In this document: positions 44,549-54,680 of the stretch, piece after piece | Numbering within the stretch: position 1 is the first letter of the stretch | Layout of the letters: every line of letters starts with the position of its first letter | Source of the DNA: Alphaproteobacteria bacterium | GTDB lineage: Bacteria; Pseudomonadota; Alphaproteobacteria; UBA828 | DNA: 64,000 bases | Direction of reading: 5' to 3' | Assembly (NCBI GenBank): GCA_965214705.1 | Contig: OZ243972.1 | Coordinates: forward strand, 4,106,123-4,170,122 | The notes under the pieces: model-generated | The model's database searches: none | What the model saw: only the letters and a program-made list of their open reading frames with translations | What the model was told of the DNA's origin: nothing | Translations under genes and position numbers: made by a program

Positions 44549-44970
44549 CCGTCAGACGGCGATGCCCGAACCACCGATTGGAGTGTGCGCCAATACCCCG
44601 ATTGCGGCAGCGGCAGCCTTTGACAGGCGCTTGCCGGCGGCACATATACAAGCAAGTCAGTACTACCGCGAATGCCGGGGAGGAGCGGGCCATGGCCGCG
44701 AACAGGGACCGGTTGATCCGGGAAGCCGCTTCGCGCGGCAAGTACGCCCCGCTCTATCGCCATCTGGCCGCCAAGACCGGGCCCGACTGGCGCGTCTCTT
44801 TCGAGGAGATCGAAGCTCTACTCGGCTTCGAGCTGCCGGTTTCGGCACGCCTCTATCGTCCCTGGTGGTCGAACCAGAAAGTAAGCGGTATCGGGCCCCC
44901 ATACTTCCAGCGGATCTGATTTCGGGGCTGACTCTCCGCCTTGACCACGAGCCACACAGGAGAGATCGCG

Positions 44971-45396
44971 ATGACAGATTCGATTTTGGCATCTGGCGAC
45001 GGTGTCGCTGTTGCTTCGGTTGAGATCCCAGCTTCTGAGGGAGCCGCCCCGGCTCCGTCTGAGCCGGCCCCCATGCGACGCTGGCCGGACGATGAGAAGG
45101 CGCGGATTGTCTCGGAGAGCTTTGAGCCGGGCTCTTCGGTTGCGGCGGTCGCGCGCCGCCATGGCGTCAGCGATACGAGCCTGACCAAGTGGCGGCGGCG
45201 CGCGCGGGAGGGAACTCTTCCGGGCGCTCGGATTGGTGGCTCTGCACCGCCATTTGTTCCCGTGGTGGTTGATAGCGTGACGTCCGAGCGGACGGTGGCG
45301 ATCGAGGCGCTAGGCGTGGTCGTTCGCCTTCCGGTGGAGAGCGCGGTCGATCGGATTGTTGCGGTGGCCTCGGGCCTGGGCCGGGCGTCGTCATGA
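44971..45396 (+). CDS. tnpA: IS66 TnpA
   Basis: RRWPDDEKARIVSES..VARRHGV..WRR. Confidence 0.9.
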   Translation: MTDSILASGDGVAVASVEIPASEGAAPAPSEPAPMRRWPDDEKARIVSESFEPGSSVAAVARRHGVSDTSLTKWRRRAREGTLPGARIGGSAPPFVPVVVDSVTSERTVAIEALGVVVRLPVESAVDRIVAVASGLGRASS

Positions 45397-45743
45397 TCGC
45401 GGCCCCCTCGCTTCGCATCGTGTTGGCGACGCGGCCGGTTGATTTTCGTCGCGGCCACGACGCGCTTGCGGCGACGGCGGCGGGGGAGCTGGACCTCGAT
45501 ATCTATTCCGGGGTGATCGTGATCTTCCGCTCGCGCCGCGGCGACAGGCTCAAGCTCCTTGCGTGGGACGGCAGCGGTCTGGTGATGACCTACAAGCGTC
45601 TGGAGCAGGGCCGCTTCGCCTGGCCTCGGATCGAGGATGGTGTGATGCGCCTTACGAAGGGCCAGTTCGAGGCCCTCTTCGAGGGTCTGGACTGGCGCCG
45701 GGTGAAGGCCCGCCCGGTTCGCCGCCCGCTGGCGGCGGAGTGA
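45393..45743 (+). CDS. tnpB: IS66 TnpB accessory protein
   Basis: PVDFRRG, FRSRRGDRLKLLAWDGSG, KRLEQGRF. Confidence 0.93.
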   Translation: MIAAPSLRIVLATRPVDFRRGHDALAATAAGELDLDIYSGVIVIFRSRRGDRLKLLAWDGSGLVMTYKRLEQGRFAWPRIEDGVMRLTKGQFEALFEGLDWRRVKARPVRRPLAAE

Positions 45744-45836
45744 GGCGGCACGCAGGCGGGGCCGCAGATTTCGGTCGCGGTCCCGCCTGCACTTTTCCCT
45801 GGTCATGCATTGGCGAATCGGATTAAGGGGTGGCCC

Positions 45837-47552
45837 ATGCCGAAGGTCACGCCCTCACCCCTCAGCAGCGCCGGTTCGCCGTCGCCTGCGGTGGTTTCGG
45901 CGGCGCTGGCGGCCCTGCATGCGGAGCTTGACGACGAGCGCGCGGCGCGCCGGGCGACGGAAGCAGCCCTATGCGAAGCGGAGCAGGCACGCGGCGCGGC
46001 GGAGGCGGCGAGGCAGACGGCGGAAGCGCGGGCGGCACGGCTGGAGGCCGAGAACGCGCAGAGCGCGGAGCAGATCAGCCGGCTTGAGCATCTCAACAAG
46101 GAGCTCAGGAAGGCGCTGTTCGGTCCGCGCTCCGAGAAGCTCGGCGAGGACGAGCGCCAGCTTACGTTCGAGGAGTTTTGGGCGGCGATCGCTGAAGCCG
46201 GCGGTCGGCCCGAGGCAGATGACCAGGAGCAGGACGAGGGGGCTGGCGGCAAGCGCCGGCGGCGCTCTTCCCGGGGGTCGCGCAGCGGGGTGCGCTTCGG
46301 GCCCCAGGTCGACCGGCGCGAGGAGGTGATCGAGCCGGACACGATCATGTGCCCCTGCGGCTGCGGCGAGATGACGAAGATCGGCGAGGACCGCAGCGAG
46401 CGGCTGGACTATGAGCCGGCGAAGTTCACCGTCATCGAGACCGTGCGCCCCCGCTACGCCTGCAACAAGTGCAAGGGGGGCGGGGTGGTGCAGTCGCCGG
46501 CGCCGGCCGCTCTGGTCGAGGGCGGCCTTCCCACCGAGGCTCTTCTGGCGCAGGTGCTGATCGCGAAGTACGGCGATCATTGCCCGCTCTATCGCCAGTC
46601 GCAGATCTACGAGCGCTCGGGGATCGAGGTTCACCGTGCGACGCTGGCGACGTGGGTGGGCCAGGCGTCGTTTCACCTGCGCCCCGTGGTCGCTTGCCTG
46701 GAGGATGAGCTGAAGAAGTCGGATCACCTGGGTCTGGACGAGACCACGATCCGCGTTCTCGACCCGGGCCGGGGCAAGACGAAGACGGGCTACATGTGGA
46801 CCCTTGTGCGTGACGAGCGCCACTGGAGCGGCACGGACCCGCCGGGCGTCGTCTATCGCTATGCGCCCGGCCGCGGCGGCAAGTATGGCGCCGAGCTTAT
46901 GGAGGGCTTTTCGGGGACGGTGCAGCTCGACGGCTACTCGGGCCACAACATCCTGGCGCGGCCGGACCGGGCGGAAGGCCCTGTGACGCGGGCCCTCTGT
47001 TGGGCGCATGTAAGACGGAAGCTGAAAGAGGTATACGACTCGAGCGCATCGCCGATCGCGCTGGCCGGTCTGAATCGGATCGCGAAGCTCTATGCGATCG
47101 AGAAGAAGATCCGGGGCAAGCCGCCGGCGGAGCGCCGCGCGATCCGTTGGGAGGAGTCGGCGCCGATCGTGAACACCTTCGGTGTCTGGCTCGACGAGCA
47201 GCGCTCGCGCGTCTCACCGCGCTCGCGTCTCGGCGAGAAGCTGACCTATATCGCCAACCAGTGGGACGGGCTGCTGGAGTTCCTGCACGACGGTCGTGTC
47301 GAGATCGACTCGAACCTGGTGGAAAACCGAATCCGGCCGCTGAAGCTCACCGCCAAGAACGCGCTCTTCGCCGGCAACGACGAGGGTGCGCAAGCCTGGG
47401 CCCGCATCGCCTCGCTGATCGAGACCTGCAAGATGAACGGCGTCGAGCCCTACGCCTGGATGCGGAGCACGCTCGAGAAGATCGCCAAGGGCCACCCGCA
47501 GTCGGGCATCCAGGAGCTTCTGCCGTGGAACTTCCAGCCCGAGGCAAAATGA
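45837..47552 (+). CDS. tnpC: IS66 TnpC transposase
   Basis: FGPRSEK, PLYRQ, DET, DGY, CWAHVRRK, DSNLVEN, ELLPW. Confidence 0.95.
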   Translation: MPKVTPSPLSSAGSPSPAVVSAALAALHAELDDERAARRATEAALCEAEQARGAAEAARQTAEARAARLEAENAQSAEQISRLEHLNKELRKALFGPRSEKLGEDERQLTFEEFWAAIAEAGGRPEADDQEQDEGAGGKRRRRSSRGSRSGVRFGPQVDRREEVIEPDTIMCPCGCGEMTKIGEDRSERLDYEPAKFTVIETVRPRYACNKCKGGGVVQSPAPAALVEGGLPTEALLAQVLIAKYGDHCPLYRQSQIYERSGIEVHRATLATWVGQASFHLRPVVACLEDELKKSDHLGLDETTIRVLDPGRGKTKTGYMWTLVRDERHWSGTDPPGVVYRYAPGRGGKYGAELMEGFSGTVQLDGYSGHNILARPDRAEGPVTRALCWAHVRRKLKEVYDSSASPIALAGLNRIAKLYAIEKKIRGKPPAERRAIRWEESAPIVNTFGVWLDEQRSRVSPRSRLGEKLTYIANQWDGLLEFLHDGRVEIDSNLVENRIRPLKLTAKNALFAGNDEGAQAWARIASLIETCKMNGVEPYAWMRSTLEKIAKGHPQSGIQELLPWNFQPEAK

Positions 47553-47932
47553 CTCGCGCGCTCACGGCGCTCCTCAAGAAATCCCCGTCGTAGTCAAGCC
47601 AGATTCCGGTATGGGGTCTGCGTACCGCTTACACCAGAAACGGGGCGCCGGGCACAGCCATGTGCTGTCCTGGTACGCGGCCGGATGGAAAACGCGGGCC
47701 GTGGACCTCGAAGCGGAAACCCTGGTGTTCGAACGCACGGAAGCCTCGCCCGACATAGCCGGGGCAGCACCTGAGAAAGGGAGATTCGACCTCGACGAGG
47801 TCTGGCCGGCGATCCCCGGCGGCTCATGGCCTCCCGGCTTCACGGTCGGCCGCGAGCAGATCTACGATGGGTTCGGGCGTCTGACCGGCGGGCCGCAGGA
47901 CGAGGCCGAGCACGGCCGCTGAAGCATCGCGC

Positions 47933-48367
47933 ATGTTCGTTGACACCAACGTTCTGGTCCGGGCGCGTTTCGAGGCGGCCCCGAGCCACTCCCTCGCCCG
48001 GCGGCGGATGCAGGAGGCCGGGGAGAGCGGCGAAGCGCTGCGTATCAGCCGGCAGGTCCTGCGGGAGTACCTGGCCACGGTGACCCGCCCGCAATCCTGG
48101 TCTTCGCCGGTCGCCATGGACGCGGCCTTGGCACACATTGCCGCGCTGGAGGCCGTATTCGATATCCTTGAGGACGGCCCGAGAGTGACGCAGACGCTCA
48201 CGGGGCTGTGCCGGGAGGTGCCCGTTGCGGGGCGGCAGATCCACGACGCCAACATCGCGGCGACCATGCTGGCCCACGGCGAGCGGAGGTTGCTGACGTT
48301 CAACGCCGGCGATTTCCGCCGCTACGGCGAGCGCATCGAACTGATCGACATGAAGGGAGCGCCATGA
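47933..48367 (+). CDS. vapC: VapC-like PIN domain toxin
   Basis: FVDTNVL, QVLREYL, IHDANIAA, LLTFNAGDF. Confidence 0.88.
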   Translation: MFVDTNVLVRARFEAAPSHSLARRRMQEAGESGEALRISRQVLREYLATVTRPQSWSSPVAMDAALAHIAALEAVFDILEDGPRVTQTLTGLCREVPVAGRQIHDANIAATMLAHGERRLLTFNAGDFRRYGERIELIDMKGAP

Positions 48368-51300
48368 GCGGTACGGACACGCGGGACGCGGCGCTTGCGG
48401 CCAAGCAGAGGGTCGAAAGGAGCCTGGAAGCGCTCCGAACCGGGCTCGGTCCCTATGTCGCCAGGCACATGCGCGACCGCCACGGCAACCACTGGCGCCA
48501 CCACGCGAGCCGCGCGCAAGGTGACGAGGCCGGCGGGGAGCTCGACGTCTATGCGCTCCTGAAGACGGTGCTCGACAACTGGAGCGACCTGTTCCGGCAC
48601 GACGCCAAGCTCAGGAAGGCGCGGAGCTTCATCTCGCTTGCCATGGACGCGCGCAACAGCGCGGCACATTTCACCGGGGCGATGACCTCTCGCGAGGCGC
48701 TGCGATATCTCGACGCCATGCGGGAGCTGGCGGTCGCGGTGGCAGCCGAGCGGCAGGCGAAGATCGTCGAGAAACTCTACGACGAACAGCGGGCAGCGAA
48801 CGGCGCCGGGCGCTCTCCGGAGACCCGGGCGCTGGCCCTCGACGAGCCTCCGGCACCGGAAGCGCTGCGCCCGTGGCGCGAGGTCTGCGAGCCCCACCCG
48901 GATGTGCTCGAAGCGCGCTTCTCCGATGCCGAGTTCACCGCAAATCTCGCACTGGTCGACCAGGGCGAGGGCAGCGAGGAGTACGTCGACCCGGCGGCGT
49001 TCTTCCGCATCACCTACGCGACCGAGGGCCTGCGGCGCGTTCTCACGGCAACGATCCTGCGTCTGGCGGGCAAGGGCGGCGATCCTGTGATCGGGCTTCA
49101 GACCAATTTCGGCGGCGGCAAGACCCACACCATGCTGGCGCTTCACCATCTGGCCGGCGCCGCCGACGCTGGTTACGAGCCGCACAGGCTCGCCGGCATG
49201 GCGCCGATCTTCGAGGCTGCGGGCATCGACACGCTCGGCCCGGTCAAACGAGCCGTGTTCGTCGGCACTCACAAGGGCGCGGCCGAGGCGATGCATTCGG
49301 AGGAAGGCCGCGAGATCCGTACCTTGTGGGGCTACCTCGCCTGGCGCCTCGGCGGCTGGGAGGCGGTCGAGACCATCTCCGCTTCCGAGGCCGCCGGCAC
49401 CAATCCGGGATCGGAACGGCTGATCCCGATCCTGCGAAGTGCCGCACCATGCCTGATCCTGATGGACGAGGTCGTTGCCTTCGCGCGGCAGTTGCGCGGC
49501 CTCGAGTACGACGCCTTCCACGCCTTCATCCAGTCGCTGACGGAGGCCGCTGCGGCGGCCGAGGGGGTCGTCGTCGTGGGCTCGCTGCCGGAGTCCGGCG
49601 CCGAGGTCGGCGACGAGCAGGGCCGCGACGCGCTCCGGCGGCTCGAAAAGATCTTCGGCCGCGTGCAATCGGCGTGGACGCCTGCAAGCGGCATCGAGAC
49701 CTTCGAGATCGTCCGCCGCCGTCTTTTCCAGCCGTTCGACGAAGCGGGGGAGCAGGCGCGCGACGAGACGATCCGGGCGTTTCGCAAGCTCTACCGCGAC
49801 AACCGGGCGGACTTTCCGGCGGGGATGCCCGACGCTGCCTACGAGGATCAGATGCGCCGGGCCTATCCCCTCCATCCCGAGCTGCTGCGGCGGTTCTCCG
49901 GCGACTGGTCGGTGCTCGACAAGTTTCAGCGCACCCGAGGCATCCTCAAGATCATGGCGAATGCCGTCTATGCGCTGTGGAGCGGGGAGAGCGACGCGCC
50001 GCTGATCACGCCGGCGCTGCTGCCGTTCCGCGACGACAAGGTGCGCACCGCGCTGCTGGAGCCGCTCGACCGCGCGTTCGGGCCGATCCTGCAATCGGAA
50101 GTCGACGGCGATCAGTCGCTGACGGCCCGGATCGAGGCGCAGCGACCGCGCCTTTCCAGATCGAAGGCGGCGACGCTGGCGGCACGGTCGGTGTTCTTCG
50201 CCACCGCGCCGCATGGCGGGGCCGCCCGGGGCGGCATGACGGGCGCCGAGCTTCGGCTCGCCTGCGCCCAGCCCGGCGACCAGATCGCCATATTCGGCGA
50301 AGCGCTGCAGGAGATCGCGGCGCGCTCCGCCCATCTCTACCGCGACGGCGAGAGCTACTGGTTCTCGCCCCAGCCGACGCTGAACAAGCTGGCCGCCGAC
50401 CGTGCCCTGGACGTGAGCGAGGAACGGGCCGACCGGCGCATCGTCGAAATCCTGCGCGAGGAACAGCGCGGCCGCGCCGGGTTCCCCCGGGTGCACGCGG
50501 CGCCCGACAACCCGGCCGACATCGAGGACCGGCGCTCCACCGCGCTTATCATGCTGCCGCCGTCGGCGCCGCACGATGCCGGCGCAGGCCCCGGATCCAA
50601 GGCCGCCGCCTTAGCGCGCGAGACGCTTGAGCGAAGGGCCGGCGGGCAGCGCCAATACTGTAACGCCCTGGTGTTCGTTGCTGCGGACGCGTCGAACGTC
50701 GGGGCGGCCCGCGAGAACGCTCGCCGCGAGCGCGCCTGGGATTCGATCGTGAACGACGCCGATCTGAGACAGAATCTGACACAGGCGCAATCGACCGACG
50801 CGCAGACGCAAGCCGGGCGCAGCCGCGAGGCCCTGCGGCAGAGCATTCGGGGAGCCTGGGTCCATGTGCTCTACCCGGCACCGCCCGGCGAGAAGGACGA
50901 CGCCGCGGGCAACAGCAGGGGCTTCGTCATGCGTTCGACGCGACTGGTGAACCGCGGCGCAGCGAAAAGCATCACGCAAGCCGTTTGGGACAAGGCCGGC
51001 ACGGACGGCACCGTGATCGGAGAGATCGGGCCCGGCAACCTGATGAGAAGCCTCGACCCCATCTGGCCACCCGATCGACCGCACATTTCGGTCGATGAAA
51101 TCCGGAAGTGGTTCGCATCCTACGTCTACCTGCCGCGGCTGCGCGATGAGGCCACTCTCGACGGTGCGCTGCAGCGGCTGGTGGAGGACATGGCCAGCCC
51201 CTATGCCTACGCGTCGGGCTTCGATGAAGACACCGGCGCCTATGAGGGCGTGATCGACGGCACGGCCCAGTTGCCTGGCGGTCTTGGCGACGGACTTCTG

Positions 51301-51678
51301 GTTCGCCGTGAAGCAATCCCAACGGAAGAGCGCGAGCCCGCTTCCGATGAAGACGACGGCACGCTCGGGCATCCTGAGGGTTCCGGGCCGAGCCCGGAGC
51401 AGACCGGAGCGGAACCGATACCAGCCGAGCCGCTTCCGGGACGTTTCTTCGCGAGCATCCCGATCGAGCCCGAGCGCGCCGGTCTCGAAGTTGCGCGCAT
51501 CATGGACGGGCTCCTGGTGGAACTCACCGGATCGCCGGGGGCGAACATTCGGCTCACACTCGAAATCGAGGGAACGTCAGCCCACCCGGGTTATCCCAAG
51601 GATGTCGTCGAGACAGTCAGGGCCAATGCCCTCGACCTGAAGCTGGATCCGGACTCGTTCGGCTTCGAGGAGAACTGA
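48364..51678 (+). CDS. DUF499 AAA+ ATPase with N-terminal Swt1-like HEPN domain
   Basis: RNSAAH (RxxxxH), PWREVCEPHPDV, TNFGGGKTH, LMDE, YPLHPE, FQRTRG. Confidence 0.9.
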   Translation: MSGTDTRDAALAAKQRVERSLEALRTGLGPYVARHMRDRHGNHWRHHASRAQGDEAGGELDVYALLKTVLDNWSDLFRHDAKLRKARSFISLAMDARNSAAHFTGAMTSREALRYLDAMRELAVAVAAERQAKIVEKLYDEQRAANGAGRSPETRALALDEPPAPEALRPWREVCEPHPDVLEARFSDAEFTANLALVDQGEGSEEYVDPAAFFRITYATEGLRRVLTATILRLAGKGGDPVIGLQTNFGGGKTHTMLALHHLAGAADAGYEPHRLAGMAPIFEAAGIDTLGPVKRAVFVGTHKGAAEAMHSEEGREIRTLWGYLAWRLGGWEAVETISASEAAGTNPGSERLIPILRSAAPCLILMDEVVAFARQLRGLEYDAFHAFIQSLTEAAAAAEGVVVVGSLPESGAEVGDEQGRDALRRLEKIFGRVQSAWTPASGIETFEIVRRRLFQPFDEAGEQARDETIRAFRKLYRDNRADFPAGMPDAAYEDQMRRAYPLHPELLRRFSGDWSVLDKFQRTRGILKIMANAVYALWSGESDAPLITPALLPFRDDKVRTALLEPLDRAFGPILQSEVDGDQSLTARIEAQRPRLSRSKAATLAARSVFFATAPHGGAARGGMTGAELRLACAQPGDQIAIFGEALQEIAARSAHLYRDGESYWFSPQPTLNKLAADRALDVSEERADRRIVEILREEQRGRAGFPRVHAAPDNPADIEDRRSTALIMLPPSAPHDAGAGPGSKAAALARETLERRAGGQRQYCNALVFVAADASNVGAARENARRERAWDSIVNDADLRQNLTQAQSTDAQTQAGRSREALRQSIRGAWVHVLYPAPPGEKDDAAGNSRGFVMRSTRLVNRGAAKSITQAVWDKAGTDGTVIGEIGPGNLMRSLDPIWPPDRPHISVDEIRKWFASYVYLPRLRDEATLDGALQRLVEDMASPYAYASGFDEDTGAYEGVIDGTAQLPGGLGDGLLVRREAIPTEEREPASDEDDGTLGHPEGSGPSPEQTGAEPIPAEPLPGRFFASIPIEPERAGLEVARIMDGLLVELTGSPGANIRLTLEIEGTSAHPGYPKDVVETVRANALDLKLDPDSFGFEEN

Positions 51679-51843
51679 TACAGATCGCAGGACGCCCGCT
51701 CACGACCCAGGATCGCGATCTTGCGTGCGGCCTCCTCGGTCTCCACCGCGCCGGATGCCGGGTCTCTCGACCGCGGCAGACCGATGCGCTTGTTTGCCGC
51801 ACGGAGCCCGCGCCGGTGACCTCCAGCCACGCGACGAACCCGT

Positions 51844-53342
51844 GAGCCGCTTGCAAAACTCTGATCGACTCGGAGCGGCGCAAGAACACCCAAGCTAGCA
51901 GCGACGTCGGCGCACGGCAATTGGCGCGATTTTGATCGCGACCATGGTCGGATCAGCGTTGGCGCTGCCTCCGATTCGGTATTTTCGCCGAACTCCAGGC
52001 GCGTTTGGCCGCTCCGCCTCTCAGGAAGTGCGGCTGCGGTGATGGCGAAGGAGAGGAGCCGGACTAGATCGGCGGAACGATAAGGCGCATCAGCTGGCTG
52101 GCCGTCAGCACGGTCATGCCGAACATGAGGTGGGCGAGAACCTTGTCGTACCCGCGCACGCGGACATGGCGGCCGCCGAACTCATCCTTGAGCCGCCCAT
52201 TGATCCGCTCGGACCCCGAGCGCACGACGTAACGACGCTCCTCGGGAAAGACGAGGCCGAGCGTGCGCCGCGCCTTCTTCTCCTGCTTCAACGCCTCTTG
52301 CATTTCGACCGAGCGGCGGGGGTTCACGTCGATGATCGGCTTGTGGCCCAGCAAGATGCTGTGCGCCCAGATCTCGATGGAATCATAGGCCGCGTCCATA
52401 AGGTCGTAGAGGTTCTCGACCCGCCCGGCCGTCAGGGTTCCCAACGGAATCGCCACCTGGGAGTCATGCGTCGACGCAGACGTCATGATGCAGCTGATGG
52501 GGATCCCGCCATCGGCGGTATCGACGTGCAGCTTGTACCCGATCCAGGAGGTGGTATGGCCCTTGGCGTTGCGCTTGCTGCCGACATCGCAGGCCCTCGG
52601 CAGGTCTGCCAGCATCTGCGGAAGGCTCATCGTCAGTTGCCGTTCCAGCCGGCTCGGCTCCTTCGCCCGCGCCTCTCCCTTGCGTGGCCGCCCCCGCTTG
52701 CGCCGCTTCGGCTTCGCTGCCTTCGGCTTCGGCTTCTCCCGCGCCTCGATCGCCGTCGCATCCCGCGAGATGTGCTCGACAAGATGGCCATCCATCGTCC
52801 GCGCAATCAACGTCTCATGCAGACGGTTCGCAAGACGGCTCTCGGCAAACTCGGAAAAGGCCCGCGAAAACGTCGCCTCGCTCGGAAGCCGGCCGGCACC
52901 GCTCCAGCCGCACAGCCGGCATAGCCTGCCGTCAACCTCAAGACGCTCGATCAGGCCGCGCGTCGTCGGAACGTCGAACACGGCCTTGGCGATGAAGGCG
53001 CGCGCCAGCGCCGCGCGGTCCTCCTCCGGCCGCCCTACCTGGCCGCGGAAGTAGGGCAGAAGAGCCTCGACCCGCACCAGTTCCAGAACCGCGACGAACA
53101 GCTCGTAGCGCTCGCCCATCGGGCCAAGCTCGCTCTCGAGCCTCGGGAATAACTCTTGTTGAAAGGCGTACCAGTAATCCGATAGCATCTCGCGCAGGGA
53201 CACGGCTCCACTCCTCCGTGGTCATCATGCGGTGTTTTGCGCTAGCGCAGCACATGATACTCACGAGGGTGGGCCGGTCCCACCGCAAAGGCCTTCACTC
53301 AGGCAGAAGAGCAACTCGACTCAGCTATTTTGCAAGAGGCTC
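51844..53342 (-). mobile_element. IS5/IS1182-like element, complete
   Basis: IR GAGCCGCTTGCAAAA / TTTTGCAAGAGGCTC; 4-bp TSD CCGT. Confidence 0.88.
52064..53203 (-). CDS. IS5/IS1182-like DDE transposase
   Basis: GRP, PSEATFSRAF, SRDATAIE, GYKLH, DAAYD, ERINGRLK. Confidence 0.9.
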   Translation of the reverse strand: MSLREMLSDYWYAFQQELFPRLESELGPMGERYELFVAVLELVRVEALLPYFRGQVGRPEEDRAALARAFIAKAVFDVPTTRGLIERLEVDGRLCRLCGWSGAGRLPSEATFSRAFSEFAESRLANRLHETLIARTMDGHLVEHISRDATAIEAREKPKPKAAKPKRRKRGRPRKGEARAKEPSRLERQLTMSLPQMLADLPRACDVGSKRNAKGHTTSWIGYKLHVDTADGGIPISCIMTSASTHDSQVAIPLGTLTAGRVENLYDLMDAAYDSIEIWAHSILLGHKPIIDVNPRRSVEMQEALKQEKKARRTLGLVFPEERRYVVRSGSERINGRLKDEFGGRHVRVRGYDKVLAHLMFGMTVLTASQLMRLIVPPI

Positions 53343-53604
53343 CCGTGATACCAATTGCCACGGTCTGCCGGCGCCCCTCGGGCACTGTGTAACCACGTCG
53401 CCACCGATGGGCGAAGCCGCCTCCGTCCAGGTTTCCGTCACGCGATGACGGCGTCGAAGCTTTCCACCGCCGCCGTTGACCTCCACCAGAGAGGCCGGTG
53501 CCGACGCCTGCACCGTAAGCGGTATCGAGGCCCCATACTTCCACCGAATCTGATTTCGCGGCTGACTCTGGGCCTTGGCAAGGAGCCTTGGAGGAGGCAT
53601 CGCG

Positions 53605-54240
53605 ATGACGGATTTGGATCTGCTGCGTGTCCACGATTTCGGCGCCAACTCGGTCGAGGCGTCAGGGTCTGAGGAAGCCGCCCCATCTGCTGCGGCCCCA
53701 TCTACGGCAACCGGTCCGGCTGATCACACTCGGCGGTCATGGTCCGCCGAGGAGAAGGCACGGATCGTCGCGGAGAGCGACAGGCCGGGGGCCGTGCAGA
53801 AGGAGGTCGCGGCTCGTCACGGCATCACCGGGCAAACTCTTCGTCAGTGGCGCAGTCGGGCGCGCGCTCGTGGTCTCACCGGCGCGAGCGGGGCAGCGGC
53901 TTGCGGGGACCGGCATGGCCGGCCTTGGCCGGATGATGTGAAGGCGCAGATCGTTGCGGAGAGCGAGCGCCCGGGAGCCACGATATCGGCAGTTGCCCGC
54001 CGTCACGGCATCAGCGAGAAGACGGTGCGCACCTGGCGTCGTCAGGCGGCGAGTGGCGCTGGCGATGATCGGCGGGGAACCGGGTCTGCGCCCCCCTATA
54101 TTCCGGTTGTGGTTGACGGGTCTGCGTCCGAGCAGACGATCGCGATCGAGGCGCTGGGCGTCGTCGTTCGCCTTCCGGCGGAGAGCGCGGTCGATCGGAT
54201 CGTGGCTGTGGCCTCGGGTCTGGGTCGGGCGTCGTCATGA
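53605..54240 (+). CDS. tnpA: IS66 TnpA with duplicated HTH
   Basis: Two W...KA.IVAES..PGA..VA.RHGI..WR units. Confidence 0.88.
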   Translation: MTDLDLLRVHDFGANSVEASGSEEAAPSAAAPSTATGPADHTRRSWSAEEKARIVAESDRPGAVQKEVAARHGITGQTLRQWRSRARARGLTGASGAAACGDRHGRPWPDDVKAQIVAESERPGATISAVARRHGISEKTVRTWRRQAASGAGDDRRGTGSAPPYIPVVVDGSASEQTIAIEALGVVVRLPAESAVDRIVAVASGLGRASS

Positions 54241-54587
54241 TCGCGGTTCCCTCGCTTCGCATCGTGTTGGCGACGCGTCCGGTTGATTTTCGTCGAGGCC
54301 ACGACGCTCTTGCGGCGACGGCGGCGGGGGAGCTGGACCTCGACATCTATTCCGGTGTGATCGTGATCTTCCGTTCGCGCCGCGGCGACAGGCTGAAGCT
54401 TCTCATGTGGGACGGCACCGGTCTGGTGATGACCTACAAGCGTCTGGAGCAGGGCCGCTTCGCCTGGCCCGCGATCGAGGACGGGGTGATGCGCCTCACG
54501 AAGGGCCAGTTCGAGGCTCTCTTCGAGGGCCTTGACTGGCGCCGAGTGAAGGCCCGTCCGGTTCGCCGCCCGCTGGCAGCGGAGTGA
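54237..54587 (+). CDS. tnpB: IS66 TnpB
   Basis: Near-identical to 45393..45743. Confidence 0.93.
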   Translation: MIAVPSLRIVLATRPVDFRRGHDALAATAAGELDLDIYSGVIVIFRSRRGDRLKLLMWDGTGLVMTYKRLEQGRFAWPAIEDGVMRLTKGQFEALFEGLDWRRVKARPVRRPLAAE

Positions 54588-54680
54588 GGCGACAGGCAGG
54601 CGGGGCCGCAGATTTCGGTCGAGGTCCCGCCTGCACTTTTCCCTGGTCACGCATCGGCGAATCGGATTAAGGGATCGGCC

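Larger units (their letters stand above)
44881..47632 (+). mobile_element. IS66-family element, complete
   Basis: GTAAGCGGTA..TACCGCTTAC IR; 8-bp TSD ACCAGAAA. Confidence 0.95.
44692..47922 (+). pseudogene. putative antitoxin (KYxPL..WWSN domain plus VapB-like tail) interrupted by IS66; segments 44692-44880 and 47641-47922
   Basis: Joins in frame: GKYAPLYRHL..SFEEIEALLGFELP..WWSNQK then RGAGHSH..WYAAGW..GREQIYD. Confidence 0.72.

Noticed and set aside
45393-45743. TnpB as an RNA-guided nuclease
   Set aside because: IS66 TnpB is an unrelated 116-aa accessory protein with no RuvC domain
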